Part shown: one piece after another, positions 43,484 to 55,481 of the stretch
How positions within the stretch are numbered: the first letter of the stretch is position 1
Layout: every line of letters starts with the position of its first letter
From: Tetramitus jugosus
Taxonomy: Eukaryota > Protista > Heterolobosea
Assembly: GCA_937625935.1 (NCBI GenBank)
Contig: OW569358.1
Span: 475,434 to 539,433, forward strand
DNA: 64,000 bases
Direction: 5' to 3'
Position numbers and translations under genes: made by a program
The notes under the pieces: model-generated
Told to the model about the DNA's origin: nothing
Databases searched by the model: none
Seen by the model: the letters and a program-made list of their open reading frames with translations, nothing else

Positions 43484-45796
43484 TTATTTATTATGTCGCT
43501 CAAATTCCTTCAAGAAATAGCGAGGATCAGGCTCCTCACCTAGCAATTCTTGAATAAGTTTGCTTTCTTTCACTGTTCCTCCATACGATAGGGCTCGTTT
43601 TAGTGGCTCTGCTGCTGTTGAGTTAACTGGATCTTCTAATCCAGCAAAGAACTTGTACCACAAATGATCGCTCGATATCCTAGAATATAGATAAGAATAG
43701 TAGGATGCGCCATAATTGACCATGTGCATTAAGTTTCCATGATACGAAACAGGGAAATAAGAATCGAGTTCATTGCCTTCAGTGATTGATGCGCTGTGGT
43801 ATTGCTCGCGTACCTTGTACAACAGTTCGGATGTACTCTTCAATCCTTTGTGTTCGTTCAGATGGAGAGAGATGTCCACCATGGCAAACACAATTTGATC
43901 TTGAGTTTCAAGACCCCGAAACATATTTTCTCTCTCCAGATATGAATTGAATAATTCTTCTGGTAGTACCTCTTGTGTGTTCTTGTGTTTTGCAAATGTC
44001 TTGAGCACGCGATAATCATTTGCGAAATGTTCCATGAACTGAGAAGGTACCTCTGCCCAATCGATGCTGACTCTTGTGCCAGATAGGTTTTGGTAGGGTG
44101 TCTGGGCAAACATTACGTGCATTGCATGACCTAACTCGTGAAACAATGACTTGAGATCATTCATCGTATAATAATCGTCTCTGACATTCAATGACACTAC
44201 TGAGATTGGTTTTTGATTGATGGACGTCTTTGAACCTTGACATGAAAAGTTACCACTATCCACAACCTTGTATGGTGCGTACTTCAAATCAAGATAGATT
44301 CTACCAATATAATCGCCAGACTGTTCATCATATATCTCGAGCTTAGAGATTGGACGGTTCCATGATTCGTGAGGCTCCAACGGCGTATCACAAATCTTGA
44401 CTCTAAATAATCGCTCGCAAATGTCCAGTGCTCCTCTGACACATTGATCCGAGTGTAAATAATAACGAATCGTTGACAACTTTCCCAAACGATCCTGTTT
44501 TGATTGATAGTTATGAATGTACGTATCAACATCCCATGCGTAAATGTTCTTTCCCTGATTTGGTCCTTCAAGTGCCATCTTTTCTCTTCTCAAAACTTCA
44601 ATCTCCTCCTCCACTTTTGGTTTGATTTGCGCCGATAAATCATGCAAAAAGTGCTTCACCTTCTCTGGTGAACCAATGATGAAAGATTGGAGATTGTGAT
44701 GCGCAAAACTCGTCTGTTTCAACAACTCGGCCAATTGTTGTCTCGCCTCCAACAACTTATCCAACAGGGCCAACGCCTTTGAGTTTGCACTATGATTAAA
44801 AATATAACGCATTTTTCTGTCATTGGACAACAGATTCTTGCTCTTCAAATCATCCAACTTGTGTCTCGGAATGTGATCTAGTCCCCGTGCCTCTTCATTC
44901 CGATTATGTTTACTCTGATTGAGACAATGACCAAACTCGTACCCGTACTGATCAATCAATGCACTTGTTTCAATCAATTTTTGCTTAGTTTCCTCCAACA
45001 ATTCCTCTTCATTGATACTCAATTCGTCATCATCATCATCATCATCTTCACCATTCTTCTGCTTCTTCTTCTTACCTACACTGCCATACTTTTCCATATC
45101 TTTGGCCAACACTTCCAAACAATGTTTTTGTAAACTAGTTAAAACGATTCTTTGTTGGTCGTTTCTTGTCGTTTCTTGTTCCACCAATTTGAGCAGAGAA
45201 TGAATGGTAGTGTTATTGTTCAACTCGTGCAACAACAATCCAATTTGCATCTTTGATTCATGGGCAGCAGTCTTGAAATCGGAATTTTGATGCGAACAAA
45301 TAATAAATTCCAAGTAGTCTAAACAGAGACACAACTGATTGTCAATAATGAGAATTGCGTCATTGGACGTCATTTGATACTGTTGTTTTTCTTGTTGTTG
45401 ACTAAATTTTTGATAGAGAGATTCAATGTATTGCACGAGTAATTCAATGTTTTGTCTCGTTTGTTGAACCATGTGAGAAAAGTGACTTGGTTCATAAACG
45501 TTGATCATTCCTGCAATTCCAACAATAACGTTATTGTTAACATGATCGTTTGTTTTTGGTTGTAAGAGTGGATGCAAGTGAATCGATGGAATAAATGTGT
45601 TGTGTGATTTTTGTTGTTGTTGTTGTTGTTGTTGAAGTGAAGGTTTGATCAGTGAATGAAAGTGGTTGTTGTGATTGAGACATTGGATGTGATGATGATG
45701 ATGGTTGTTGTTGTTGTTGTTGATTCGATTGTGGATCAATGAAACTTGTCTCAAAGTTTGTCGTTGTCCATACACTCTTAGTATTTGTTTGTGCAT
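43484..45796 (-). CDS. MIPEP: Mitochondrial intermediate peptidase (M3A)
   Basis: LFHELGHAMH..T.YQNLSGTR..DWAEVPSQFMEHF, YGASYYSYL; presequence-like N-terminus. Confidence 0.9.
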   Translation of the reverse strand: MHKQILRVYGQRQTLRQVSLIHNRINNNNNNHHHHHIQCLNHNNHFHSLIKPSLQQQQQQQQKSHNTFIPSIHLHPLLQPKTNDHVNNNVIVGIAGMINVYEPSHFSHMVQQTRQNIELLVQYIESLYQKFSQQQEKQQYQMTSNDAILIIDNQLCLCLDYLEFIICSHQNSDFKTAAHESKMQIGLLLHELNNNTTIHSLLKLVEQETTRNDQQRIVLTSLQKHCLEVLAKDMEKYGSVGKKKKQKNGEDDDDDDDELSINEEELLEETKQKLIETSALIDQYGYEFGHCLNQSKHNRNEEARGLDHIPRHKLDDLKSKNLLSNDRKMRYIFNHSANSKALALLDKLLEARQQLAELLKQTSFAHHNLQSFIIGSPEKVKHFLHDLSAQIKPKVEEEIEVLRREKMALEGPNQGKNIYAWDVDTYIHNYQSKQDRLGKLSTIRYYLHSDQCVRGALDICERLFRVKICDTPLEPHESWNRPISKLEIYDEQSGDYIGRIYLDLKYAPYKVVDSGNFSCQGSKTSINQKPISVVSLNVRDDYYTMNDLKSLFHELGHAMHVMFAQTPYQNLSGTRVSIDWAEVPSQFMEHFANDYRVLKTFAKHKNTQEVLPEELFNSYLERENMFRGLETQDQIVFAMVDISLHLNEHKGLKSTSELLYKVREQYHSASITEGNELDSYFPVSYHGNLMHMVNYGASYYSYLYSRISSDHLWYKFFAGLEDPVNSTAAEPLKRALSYGGTVKESKLIQELLGEEPDPRYFLKEFERHNK

Positions 45797-45879
45797 TTTT
45801 TTTCGATTTTGGTTTGTTGGAGGGAAAGAGGAAAATCATTCCAAGATCATAACATGTTTTGTAATTCATTGATTTTTTA

Positions 45880-47520
45880 TTAATGTCTCCAGATCTTGAG
45901 GACACGATCCTTGCCACCACTGGCAACTCTTTGGCCATCAGGTGACCAATCCACAGCATACACCTCATCAAAGTGACCCGGTAGATCATTCATCAACTTT
46001 TTTGTTTGAACGTTCCAAACCTTGGCAGTGGAGTCCTTGCTGGCAGAGACCAACAGTCTGGAATCACCGGACCAACACACTTGATACACTGCTCCTACGT
46101 GACCACGCAGAGCAGACAAAAATTTTCCAGTTACAGCGTCCCACAATCGAACAGACTTGTCAAAGGAACAACTGGCAATCAGACGACCATCAGGTGAGAA
46201 ACTGACTTGACTCACGACACCTTGATGTCCTGTGAGTCTAGCAATTGGTTTCGTAGATTTCTCAGGCTCCCAAATAATGAGTGTGTTATCATCGCTACCA
46301 GTCACGAGACGCACAGGGTTCTGTCCAATGGTAGTATTGTATGTCTCTACTGCCTTCTTTTGTAATTTTGCACGGTACTTGACTTCCTCTTCTTCGTTTT
46401 CAAAAATGGGCAAAGCTTCACAATTCTCATCAAAACATCCTCTGCGCAACACGTACTCTGTACTCAAACTCATCGTATTGACCCAATGACCATGACCATG
46501 CAAAATCTGGTGACATTGTCTCTGTTGCATGTTCCACACACGCACAGTACAGTCTTGAGATGTGCTGTACAACAAGTCATTCAATCCCCATTTGACACCA
46601 GTGACGCCCTTTGCGTGACCAGACAGTGTAAACTCTAGAGTACATCGTGTCGTGTCCCAAACCTTGATCGTCTCATCCTTTGAAGCACTGGCCAATCGAT
46701 TGCACTTGGTGTTGGTGTGGAACGGCTCCCATGAGAGAGCAGTGATCCATTTGGAGTGTCCCTTGAGTGGCTTTCTCAGTTTCTTTCCACTGCCTCCTTG
46801 CCACAACTTGATCAAATTGTCGCGGCCTCCACTGGCAATCAGCTTGGCATCAGGTGACCATGCGACACAAAACACCCAATTCGTATGACCCTCCAATGTG
46901 TGCTGAGGCATCTCAGTGTTCAAATCCCAGACACGTACAGTGCAATCACCGGATCCACTGGCCAATTGTTGACCATCTGGACTAAAGTGAACAGACAATA
47001 CAGCTTCACTGTGACCGGGCAGTGTAGCTGTACAACGAGAAACAGCTCTCACTCGGAACAGTGCCTGAGGATGAAACACAATTTGAAGTGGAGCATCCTG
47101 TGTACTCACAAAATCAATCTTTTCCTTTTCAATCTTCTTGTCCAACACTTGCTTCGCCTCTGTTTTGGCCAATTGAGCCTTCAGTGTCTTCATTAGCGTG
47201 TCACGAATATTTCCTGTAATCTGTTCACCAGAATCCTTCAAATAAAACAAGTAGGGAACAGTGCTGTCATGATCATTGACTTGAAAGTGTTCACTGTTCA
47301 ATAGTTCATTCAGTTGTTGATGTGAGAAATTGGCGTCCACTTCGAGTGTGGGTCCCACTTTGGAGTTTGAGCCATCACCAGAGATGAGTTCAATAAAATA
47401 CTTTTTTTCTTGTGCAATGGGCATGGCTTCCTCTGTTTCACCATACTTTTCAGCTCGAATCTTCTTTAGTGCATCAGCCTTTTCAGCAGCTGAGCGCTTT
47501 CGTTTCATTTGACTCTTCAT
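45880..47520 (-). CDS. NLE1: Notchless/Rsa4 WD40 ribosome assembly factor
   Basis: PQALFRVRAVSRCTATLPGHSEAVL, GHGHWVNTMSLSTEYVLR, DLPGHFDEVYAVDWSPDG, ends LKIWRH. Confidence 0.96.
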   Translation of the reverse strand: MKSQMKRKRSAAEKADALKKIRAEKYGETEEAMPIAQEKKYFIELISGDGSNSKVGPTLEVDANFSHQQLNELLNSEHFQVNDHDSTVPYLFYLKDSGEQITGNIRDTLMKTLKAQLAKTEAKQVLDKKIEKEKIDFVSTQDAPLQIVFHPQALFRVRAVSRCTATLPGHSEAVLSVHFSPDGQQLASGSGDCTVRVWDLNTEMPQHTLEGHTNWVFCVAWSPDAKLIASGGRDNLIKLWQGGSGKKLRKPLKGHSKWITALSWEPFHTNTKCNRLASASKDETIKVWDTTRCTLEFTLSGHAKGVTGVKWGLNDLLYSTSQDCTVRVWNMQQRQCHQILHGHGHWVNTMSLSTEYVLRRGCFDENCEALPIFENEEEEVKYRAKLQKKAVETYNTTIGQNPVRLVTGSDDNTLIIWEPEKSTKPIARLTGHQGVVSQVSFSPDGRLIASCSFDKSVRLWDAVTGKFLSALRGHVGAVYQVCWSGDSRLLVSASKDSTAKVWNVQTKKLMNDLPGHFDEVYAVDWSPDGQRVASGGKDRVLKIWRH

Positions 47521-47679
47521 TTTGTTGGTTTGGTTGTTGTGGTTGGTGGGTGTTGTTGTGTGTTGGTGGTTGTGTTTGTCTAGGAGTCAATGTGTTGTGT
47601 GCTTTTTCACATGTGAAACTTGAAGAAAAAACCTTCTTGAATTTGATTGAACCTCAATATCGGAATAATGACTGTTGTT

Positions 47680-49662
47680 TTACGACGAAAATTGGTTCGA
47701 GTGGTAACTCTTGTGTATGGCCAGATCCCATCGCTTGAGCTCCAGTTCTCTCTGTTGCTGAGACATTTTACTCTCATAGATGGTTTCTTCTTCCATACTG
47801 ACTGGTGGAATTTGGTCAATGGATTGATAGATGCCTCTGCCGATCGCGGCACAGATTGCTGCACCCACAGCGGTTGTTTCAATGTAGCGTGGTCGAATGA
47901 CCGGCACACCGAGCAAGTCTGCTTGACTCTGCAAGACGATATTGTTATTGCTCATACCACCATCTACGTAGAGTTGAGAGAGCGATACACCAGAGTCCTT
48001 GTGCATTGCTTCAAGGACTTCTTGCGTTTGATGACTGACAGCTTCGAGCATTGCACGACAAATGTGAGCTCGTGTACTGTACTGTGTCAATCCAACAATT
48101 GTTCCACGTGCATCGGCTCTCCAATATGGAGCAAATAGACCAGAGAAAGCTGGAATAAAGTACACGCCGCCCGTGTTTTCAACCGTGCTTGCAAGCGCTT
48201 CGCTCTCAGCCAAGTCACGAATGATGCCCATTTTATCCTTGAGCCATTGAACACCGGATCCAGCAACAGCTACAGAACCCTCCAAAGCATACACGACGCG
48301 CTCGTCTGCTCCCAATTGATAACCAGCAGTCGTCAACAATCCATGAGTGGAATACACAGGTGTAGTTCCAGTGTTCATCAATACAAAGCAACCTGTTCCA
48401 TATGTACTCTTGGCTTCTCCTACCTTGAAGCATCTTTGACCAATAACGGCTGATTGTTGATCGCCTACACAACCTGAAATTACTGTATCAAACTTTTTTC
48501 CATTGCCCAGATCAATCGATATATTGCCAAATAATTCAGCATTGCTCTTGATGGTTGGTAGCTTGATGGAATCGTCCAATGGTATGTTAAACACATATTT
48601 CAACTTATCGTCCCATTCTAGTGTCTCCAAATTCATGAGCATTGTTCGGCTCGCATTGGTTACATCGGTGACATGCTTACCACCATTGACACCACCCGTG
48701 AGATTCCAAATCAGCCACGTATCAATCGTTCCGAACATGCATCTATGTTGTTTCATTGCCTCCTTCACACTATCTACATTCTCAATCATCCATCTCAACT
48801 TTGTGGCACTAAAATAGGTGGACACTGGCAAACCACATTGTTTCTGTAGAAAATTGTGTTCAGCCAATGATTTTTTAGCCATAATTTCATCCAAATCTTC
48901 ACAATCATTATCAGTAGCAACAGTATTTTCAGAGTCGGATTTTGATCCATTTCCCTGTGGTTGTTCTTCCTGACTGCTACTACTAGGTACATTTTCGTGT
49001 ATGATCCGATCGACCAAATCACTCGTTCTCATATCGTTCCAAACAATAGCCCTATACAGTGGTTCACCTGTTTCACTGTCCCACACAACTGTTGTTTCTC
49101 TCTGATTCGTAATACCAATCGCAGTCAACTCAAACTCTTTGTCAACAAAGATTTGTGATGCCTTCTCCAGTGCTCCCACCATACAAAGCTTTGATTTTTC
49201 CAAAATTTCCATCGGTTCATGCTCTGACCAACCAGGCTCCGGATGATACTGTTTGTGTTCCATTTGATGACTAGTGACTTCACGTAGAGTCTCTGCATCG
49301 AATAATATGAATCTAGTACTTGTAGTTCCTTGGTCCAGTGCACCAATGAGACGTATCGTACTATTTATTGTTGTTGGTGGTGTTGTCATTGTTGACATTC
49401 GCGATTTTGTTACTCTGTTGTGATTGTGGGTCGTTGTTGGTTTTTGAGGGGTGAATGTCCGCTCGAGCGGGCAACGAGAAAGGAAGAATCGATCAGCTTT
49501 GTTGTTGAATGTGAGGTTGAACGAACGCTTCTGCTGCTGAGTGATCGTGACCATGGATGACATCATTGTTTGTGCAAAACAATGGGTGTGCAATGCAGAT
49601 AATCTGCTGTTGTAAAGTGCCCTTGAGCTTTTGGATCTCTGCAGGAGGAAGGATGCCTTCAT
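47680..49662 (-). CDS. GK: Glycerol kinase (FGGY family) with long N-terminal presequence
   Basis: ALDQGTTSTR, GITNQRETTVVWD, FGTIDTWLIW, TDVTNASRT, GDQQSA, KSTYGTGCF, PAFSGLFAPYW. Confidence 0.96.
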   Translation of the reverse strand: MKASFLLQRSKSSRALYNSRLSALHTHCFAQTMMSSMVTITQQQKRSFNLTFNNKADRFFLSRCPLERTFTPQKPTTTHNHNRVTKSRMSTMTTPPTTINSTIRLIGALDQGTTSTRFILFDAETLREVTSHQMEHKQYHPEPGWSEHEPMEILEKSKLCMVGALEKASQIFVDKEFELTAIGITNQRETTVVWDSETGEPLYRAIVWNDMRTSDLVDRIIHENVPSSSSQEEQPQGNGSKSDSENTVATDNDCEDLDEIMAKKSLAEHNFLQKQCGLPVSTYFSATKLRWMIENVDSVKEAMKQHRCMFGTIDTWLIWNLTGGVNGGKHVTDVTNASRTMLMNLETLEWDDKLKYVFNIPLDDSIKLPTIKSNAELFGNISIDLGNGKKFDTVISGCVGDQQSAVIGQRCFKVGEAKSTYGTGCFVLMNTGTTPVYSTHGLLTTAGYQLGADERVVYALEGSVAVAGSGVQWLKDKMGIIRDLAESEALASTVENTGGVYFIPAFSGLFAPYWRADARGTIVGLTQYSTRAHICRAMLEAVSHQTQEVLEAMHKDSGVSLSQLYVDGGMSNNNIVLQSQADLLGVPVIRPRYIETTAVGAAICAAIGRGIYQSIDQIPPVSMEEETIYESKMSQQQRELELKRWDLAIHKSYHSNQFSS

Positions 49663-49766
49663 GATATGATTCTCTGTGGTTTTGTGCGGTCGGGATTTTT
49701 GAACTTTTTGACTGGTGCCATGCTCCTGTTGATGTTTTTAGTGGCCAACAAAGAAACGCAGCAACA

Positions 49767-51686
49767 ATGAAGGATGTATACCTTCCGCTTGAGCTACTGT
49801 TGGAGATATCCTCTTTCTGGGACATGAAATATTTTGTTCGATTTCTGTCAGAGCTCCAGAATAAGGAACTTATTGCCTACTTGTGCGAAGAGAGTGAATT
49901 GTTCAATGATATTGTCTTGGATCTCTATTCAGACTTGAATTCAAAGAATTGTCTTTTGTCTCAGATTGCTAATGTTGTTCTCTTCGTTGACAATTACTGT
50001 CAGCAACCCATGGAACGCACTCTCAAGAAATCATGTTCAATTACAGTGAGAAATATAGATCCGTATCGACTTGTGTATCTCATTCGGTTTAGCGAAACGT
50101 TGTGCAAGATTAGAAGAGTTTCGTCTCTCATGTTTGAGTATCCCTCGATAGAGAGTGCTCTCAAGATTGGCTACTGGTTGAAAGAACAACTTTCAAACTC
50201 TTCTCAACTGTCACCTAGCTTAGAGTCTGTCAGATATCGAACATCAAATTGTAGATATCAGTTTGCCAGTCCGTTAGAGTATCAGCAACCACTTGATGAA
50301 CAAACTCAGATTCCTACCTTGCTGACGGATAAAACCTTATGTATGAGTAATCTAAAACGCTGGGATTTTAGTTATGTGTACGGATACTTTAGTATTGACT
50401 ACCAACCAGTATTGATGCCTCGCTTAGAGTCAATTCAGTTAGCGGGACAACAATTTCTGAGGTTTATTAATCATGATCAGTTTCAATACCACAAATGGAT
50501 ACCAAATATTAGAGCACTTTCTCTATTGAATTTGAGAGCTCATACTATCATTCCAGCAATTTTGAGCTATGTTATTCCTGAGAAACTGAATGTTCTATCA
50601 TTGAAACAGATTGAATTCACACCCAAGCAACTTTCAGACATTTTATGCCTGTTTCCTAACCTGAGCTCCTTTGAGTATATTATGGCAACAGACGAAAGAT
50701 CCGGAGCCGTTTTTGATTGCCAATCATCATTCATCTTACATAATTTACGAAACTTGACTCTGGGTAGTCGCATGATTAGTAATTCTGATATCGAGTGTCT
50801 ACCTGATGTGTTTCCAAATGTTAAATCGCTGACGATACTAGATGCTTTACCAAAGGTTCATTCCGCGACTTTTTGTAAAATATCTCGTCTGAACAAACTG
50901 TCCAAGTTAGATCTATCAAGGTGTCCCACATTTGATACGGAGTCATTTTGCCATGTATTTAGTAATGCTTCCACTATGCTGAGGCAGCTCATAGAACTCT
51001 CTCTGTACGTCAAATCAGACGACTTATCAACTGGTGTTTTGTTAGGAGGGAGAATTGTTCCTATATTACTCTCATTACGTCGCATATCATTTAGAGGTCC
51101 TATCAAGAGATCCAGAAGAGAACTTGAAAAATTAGTCTCAAGGAATGATCTTTATATCAAATGTGTATCCACACATGTGACAACAACTAACATGTATATT
51201 GCTGAGGCAGTAGACGTGGAGCTCACAGAGCTGTGTTATATGAACTGTATTGACAAAATGTGTGAATGTCAAAGAAAACCTTGTACTTCTTGCAGTCTAT
51301 TAGTTCCTTCATGCTGCCAGTTAGATCACCAGTTCGTATGTACTCGGTTAACACATACAGATTATCTTGTTTCGTGCCCTACCTGTGGCGAGAGTCTAAC
51401 ACGCGATGCATACTATGAACATATGAACGAGTATCATCTTGAAAGCATAGGCGCACCTGGTAGACAAGGTAGAAATGATACCACTTTTTGGAGATGTCCA
51501 GTCCGAGGTTGCACGTGTTCTATATCAGTTCCCACTTTTCCACTTGGGTCCCTGTTACTTCGCTTGGGTAGAGCCAAGGTATCTCATCTATATCATGAAT
51601 GTCAATATAATCTGGTGTACGACACCACATGTGGAGCATTCAAAAGGATGGGTGAGATGGGAAACAATCGAAACGTCACAGCGTAG
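49767..51686 (+). CDS. F-box/leucine-rich-repeat protein with C-terminal Cys/His zinc fingers
   Basis: F-box-like start YLPLELLLEISSF; LRRs (FPNLSSF, LRNLTL, LSKLDLSRCP); CxxC...H clusters (CPTCGE..YYEHM..H; CPVRGC..H..HEC). Confidence 0.8.
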   Translation: MKDVYLPLELLLEISSFWDMKYFVRFLSELQNKELIAYLCEESELFNDIVLDLYSDLNSKNCLLSQIANVVLFVDNYCQQPMERTLKKSCSITVRNIDPYRLVYLIRFSETLCKIRRVSSLMFEYPSIESALKIGYWLKEQLSNSSQLSPSLESVRYRTSNCRYQFASPLEYQQPLDEQTQIPTLLTDKTLCMSNLKRWDFSYVYGYFSIDYQPVLMPRLESIQLAGQQFLRFINHDQFQYHKWIPNIRALSLLNLRAHTIIPAILSYVIPEKLNVLSLKQIEFTPKQLSDILCLFPNLSSFEYIMATDERSGAVFDCQSSFILHNLRNLTLGSRMISNSDIECLPDVFPNVKSLTILDALPKVHSATFCKISRLNKLSKLDLSRCPTFDTESFCHVFSNASTMLRQLIELSLYVKSDDLSTGVLLGGRIVPILLSLRRISFRGPIKRSRRELEKLVSRNDLYIKCVSTHVTTTNMYIAEAVDVELTELCYMNCIDKMCECQRKPCTSCSLLVPSCCQLDHQFVCTRLTHTDYLVSCPTCGESLTRDAYYEHMNEYHLESIGAPGRQGRNDTTFWRCPVRGCTCSISVPTFPLGSLLLRLGRAKVSHLYHECQYNLVYDTTCGAFKRMGEMGNNRNVTA

Positions 51687-51886
51687 ATTTTGAGCATATC
51701 AAGGGTCTACACAAATACCAACCACAGTTCGATGAACTGTTATCCAATTGTACTAATATCTTCGAACCCTTCCAGCACACCAGAGAGGTCAGAAAATCAG
51801 ACGGTGAATTCTCTCGCCGTCTGACGTTTGAAATGTTTTTGTCACACAAGAAAAAAGAACCACAGAAAACCAAACACAAAAAGACA

Positions 51887-52363
51887 ATGTCCACGACCAA
51901 TAAACCATCACGATTGAGACAACTATATGAATCTATCCAAGAGACAACACTGTACCAATTAGTCACACGAAACAAACTTTGGGTATTTGTCATCACACTC
52001 TGCGTACTTGCAATCATTATTCTCATATGGTCCTTCTTGTTGAGTTCGATTGACAAGAGCAAGAGAAAATGGCACTCTGATTTCTCACCGATTACTCACC
52101 CGGAGCGTTACTGCAGTGCACCTTATGCAACCAAACGAAAAAAGTCCCAGGCCACTGCGATGCTCTTCTCTGTTTTTATTGGATTTTTGGGTGCAGATCG
52201 ATTTTATTTGGGTTATACGATCACGGGAGTCATCAAACTGGTCACTTTGGGAGGATTCGGAGCATGGTGGATTATTGATGCCATACTTGTCATTGCAGGT
52301 CACTTGTTTGATGTCAATGGCTGTAAACTGTGGCATGATTGTTGTTGGGCAGGAAACAATTGA
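51887..52363 (+). CDS. TM2-domain protein
   Basis: KSQATAMLFSVFIGFLGADRFYLGY..GVIKLVTLGGFGAWWIIDAILV. Confidence 0.9.
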   Translation: MSTTNKPSRLRQLYESIQETTLYQLVTRNKLWVFVITLCVLAIIILIWSFLLSSIDKSKRKWHSDFSPITHPERYCSAPYATKRKKSQATAMLFSVFIGFLGADRFYLGYTITGVIKLVTLGGFGAWWIIDAILVIAGHLFDVNGCKLWHDCCWAGNN

Positions 52364-52845
52364 TTTGGAGAGAAATATCGTAAAGGATCGTACCACCAGC
52401 TTTGTCTAATGTCAAGCAAGCTAGGTTGTAGTAGTGTTGTTGATATTATATGTTGCATCGTGATTACACCTTCTGAATATTGTTGCAGATTGCAATCAAT
52501 CATAGGATACCGAGCGTGTATACACCTGGTTGAATTCGAACAGATACTTGCTTGGATGAACAGCCCGAAAGAGCAACTTCTTTCATTGTATTACAAATAA
52601 AACGCACCTTAACAAAGAGATCGCTTCGGATGATCGAAGATTGACTCTGGAGAAGTTGCAATTAGAACTGGAATTAGTAGAGATGGTTTTTTGTTATCGG
52701 ATGAATTTGACCCTCTCAATGAAGCAAACATCAACCACCAATAGGATGGAGGTCCAATTCATCCAAATCTCATAATCTTTTTAGAAGGTTTCGAATACCG
52801 TGCCGGGGAGAATTGTGCCCAAGAAACAAAACAAGTCCAGCACAA

Positions 52846-54439
52846 ATGATGTCATTTTTTAACACTTTCTTGCTTGTGCTCAGTTGTTGTCTGACACTCG
52901 CGCTGACAACAAGAGCAGCCACCGGCTCACAATTCACTCAAACCATCCATTGGAGTGAAGATCGGTTCGTGGACAATGAAACAGTGATAAACTCTGATAC
53001 ATTGCTCATAATTGACCCTGGTGTTAAAATTACTCTTCAGAATTACTCGACAATTCACATTCTTGGTGCACTCAAGGCTGTTGGTACTGCACAAAAGAGA
53101 ATTGTATTCCAAAGTGCTGATGAAACACGATCAACTTTGCTTGGTAATACGATTATCTTCTCGTCCACTGCAGATTTGGACCAATGTGAGCTGTCTTTTG
53201 TGGATCTGGTGGATATCAATTCTGTGGAAATTGATGAGCGTTTGCAAACGAAGGATGCCACTTTGAATGTGAACCTCTGCATCTTCATTTATCTCTACAA
53301 ATGAGTATGATATAGTCATTGAAGGTAACACTTTTTCAAATGTGACTGGTGCATTCATTTCTGCTCGGAACTGTCTGAGCGTATCTATCAAGAATAATTC
53401 CTTCTCAGAGTGCAGTGGAAACTGCCCTTCCTGTTTGGGCCAGTGTATCTCTATGATTGGAGATCAACAATCCATCTCAGTTGCCACCAAGGTGCACATT
53501 GTTGGTAACACCTTTGAGAAGTTTCATTTTCGTGCCATTGATCTCCCACACGGTAGAATTGAAGAAAACAAGTTTTTGAACAGTGATCAGCAAGCTATCC
53601 ATGTGAATGACCCCATTTTGGAGAATAGTGAGGTGATTGTTCTGAAGAATATCTTTTCTCGTGTCTCAGCAACAGCACTTGATCTCACTTACCCTCTTTT
53701 AATTTTATCACCCGATTATAACTACAAGAGACCTTTGACCTTCTCAGGAAATGTAGTCACTGGTTGTCAATTGAAGGCATCAGAGTCAATGTCTCTCCTC
53801 AATATCTGGGCTCCTCTGGGTTGTACTATCACTGGATCATTGGTGACGATTGAGGATAATGAGTTTTCCTCCAACACTGGTCAGGTAGTTAGCATGAACT
53901 TTGATGTCAATCTTCCCTCAAGAATCAAAATGCATAGGAACACCTTCTTGAACAACACTGCCAATCTTCAAATTGTTCAATACGTTGCTTCCTTCAAATC
54001 GGTAATTGTCACATCTCGGTTAGACATGACTCAAAACTCATTCGAGAGTAATACAGCGTCTTATTTGCTGAGTGTTTCAGATGCCAAAAGTGGTGAGAAG
54101 CCCGCTGTTGTGACAAATGCCACTTTGAATTATTGGCAAGGGTCAACAAAAGTGAAAGAACTCATTTTTGATTCCTACGGTGCTGCGCAAGTAGATTACA
54201 TTCCATGGCTGAAAACTTCCAACTTTGAAGACATGTCCAGCAAGAATCTAGCTTATCCTGAGAATGGAAAAAACAACTGGACTCCACTTCAAATTGGATT
54301 ATTGCTCGTATTGGGAGTGGGGCTTGGTGTCGTTATTCTCTTGATTATTGGTCTGGTTGGTGGCCTCTATATCATGAAGAAGAAGAAGCAAGAAACTCCA
54401 GACAATCAACACTGTTTGTTGCAAGAGACAGACATCTAA
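52846..54439 (+). pseudogene. Type I membrane protein with parallel beta-helix (pectin-lyase-like) repeats, interrupted by a frameshift near 53270-53304
   Basis: Signal peptide, then LIIDPGVKI..ILGALKAVGT...IVF. The second frame is open from about 53273 with I.GNTF/N.F repeats and a C-terminal TM plus KKKK. No plausible intron at the junction. Confidence 0.65.
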
Positions 54440-55481
54440 TTGATCTGATTGAAGAACAACCGACCTCATTGATGTTAGTCGAACATCGAACAAATTATTG
54501 TCGCTCTTTTCTTTGGAAATGACTAACTAGCCCTCAGTGAGAGCGAAAGCTTGAGTAAAACGGTTCATTTCACTAACATGCTGTGACTACAAAACTGTAT
54601 TATCTTCTGTATATTAAACTCTGTGTTTAAGAAACATAGGCATATGCTTGAGCTCAAACATGATATTTTTGTTGAGTTAGTTGACCAAACCAAGAACAAC
54701 CAGTCCTCAGGAGCATCATTTCCGTACGTAACCTGTTTTTGATTTTTGCTCACTGTCCCTGCGCTGGCCGCGTCGTATGAAAGTCTGTCAGAATAATTGA
54801 ACTTGTACTCGGTCACTGGAACTCAAGTTTCTCTCTTGTATGTTCTCTGCCTAATTTTCTGCAACAAACTGGTGAACCTTCTCATCATTAACTCATTCAA
54901 TAAATATCTTCCTCTCATGAATGTTCTGTTGATTGGTGAACATTGTTTTGCACTCAGAATTTTCAATCCAAATATATCAAAACCAAGACTTCTATCTTGT
55001 AAAGCAGGAAGCAGGAGAACTTCCGATTTCGATAGTGCAAAAGAGTTTCGTTACAGGGAAGATACTAAAAATTCCCACCAACAAATGGTGTGTTGGCGTG
55101 ATAGCTCTACCAAGATCTTCTCAGTTGGAAACATCAATTACTTGTATGGAGGTATAGTTGTGAATAGGGCATTGCCATTTGTGAGCACCCTATGTTGACT
55201 AGTCTACATTAACAGCCTCAGGTAGACAATTTTTTCAAAACTCCAAAAAGAACGATATATCAAAGGTCTCCACAACAAAGCTCTGCATCGTCTGCATTCC
55301 GCGTCATCAGTCCAACCATTCAAGAAGGCAAAGCTTTATACTTCTCCTTCTGGTGATGGCAGGACTGGTGATGATGATTCAGATCTGAGTGATATGGAGG
55401 ATGATTTAGATAGTGAGCTGTTTCAGCATGCTAACTAACATAATGTAACACACACGAGAGCAGTAAAGTAACATATATCTC

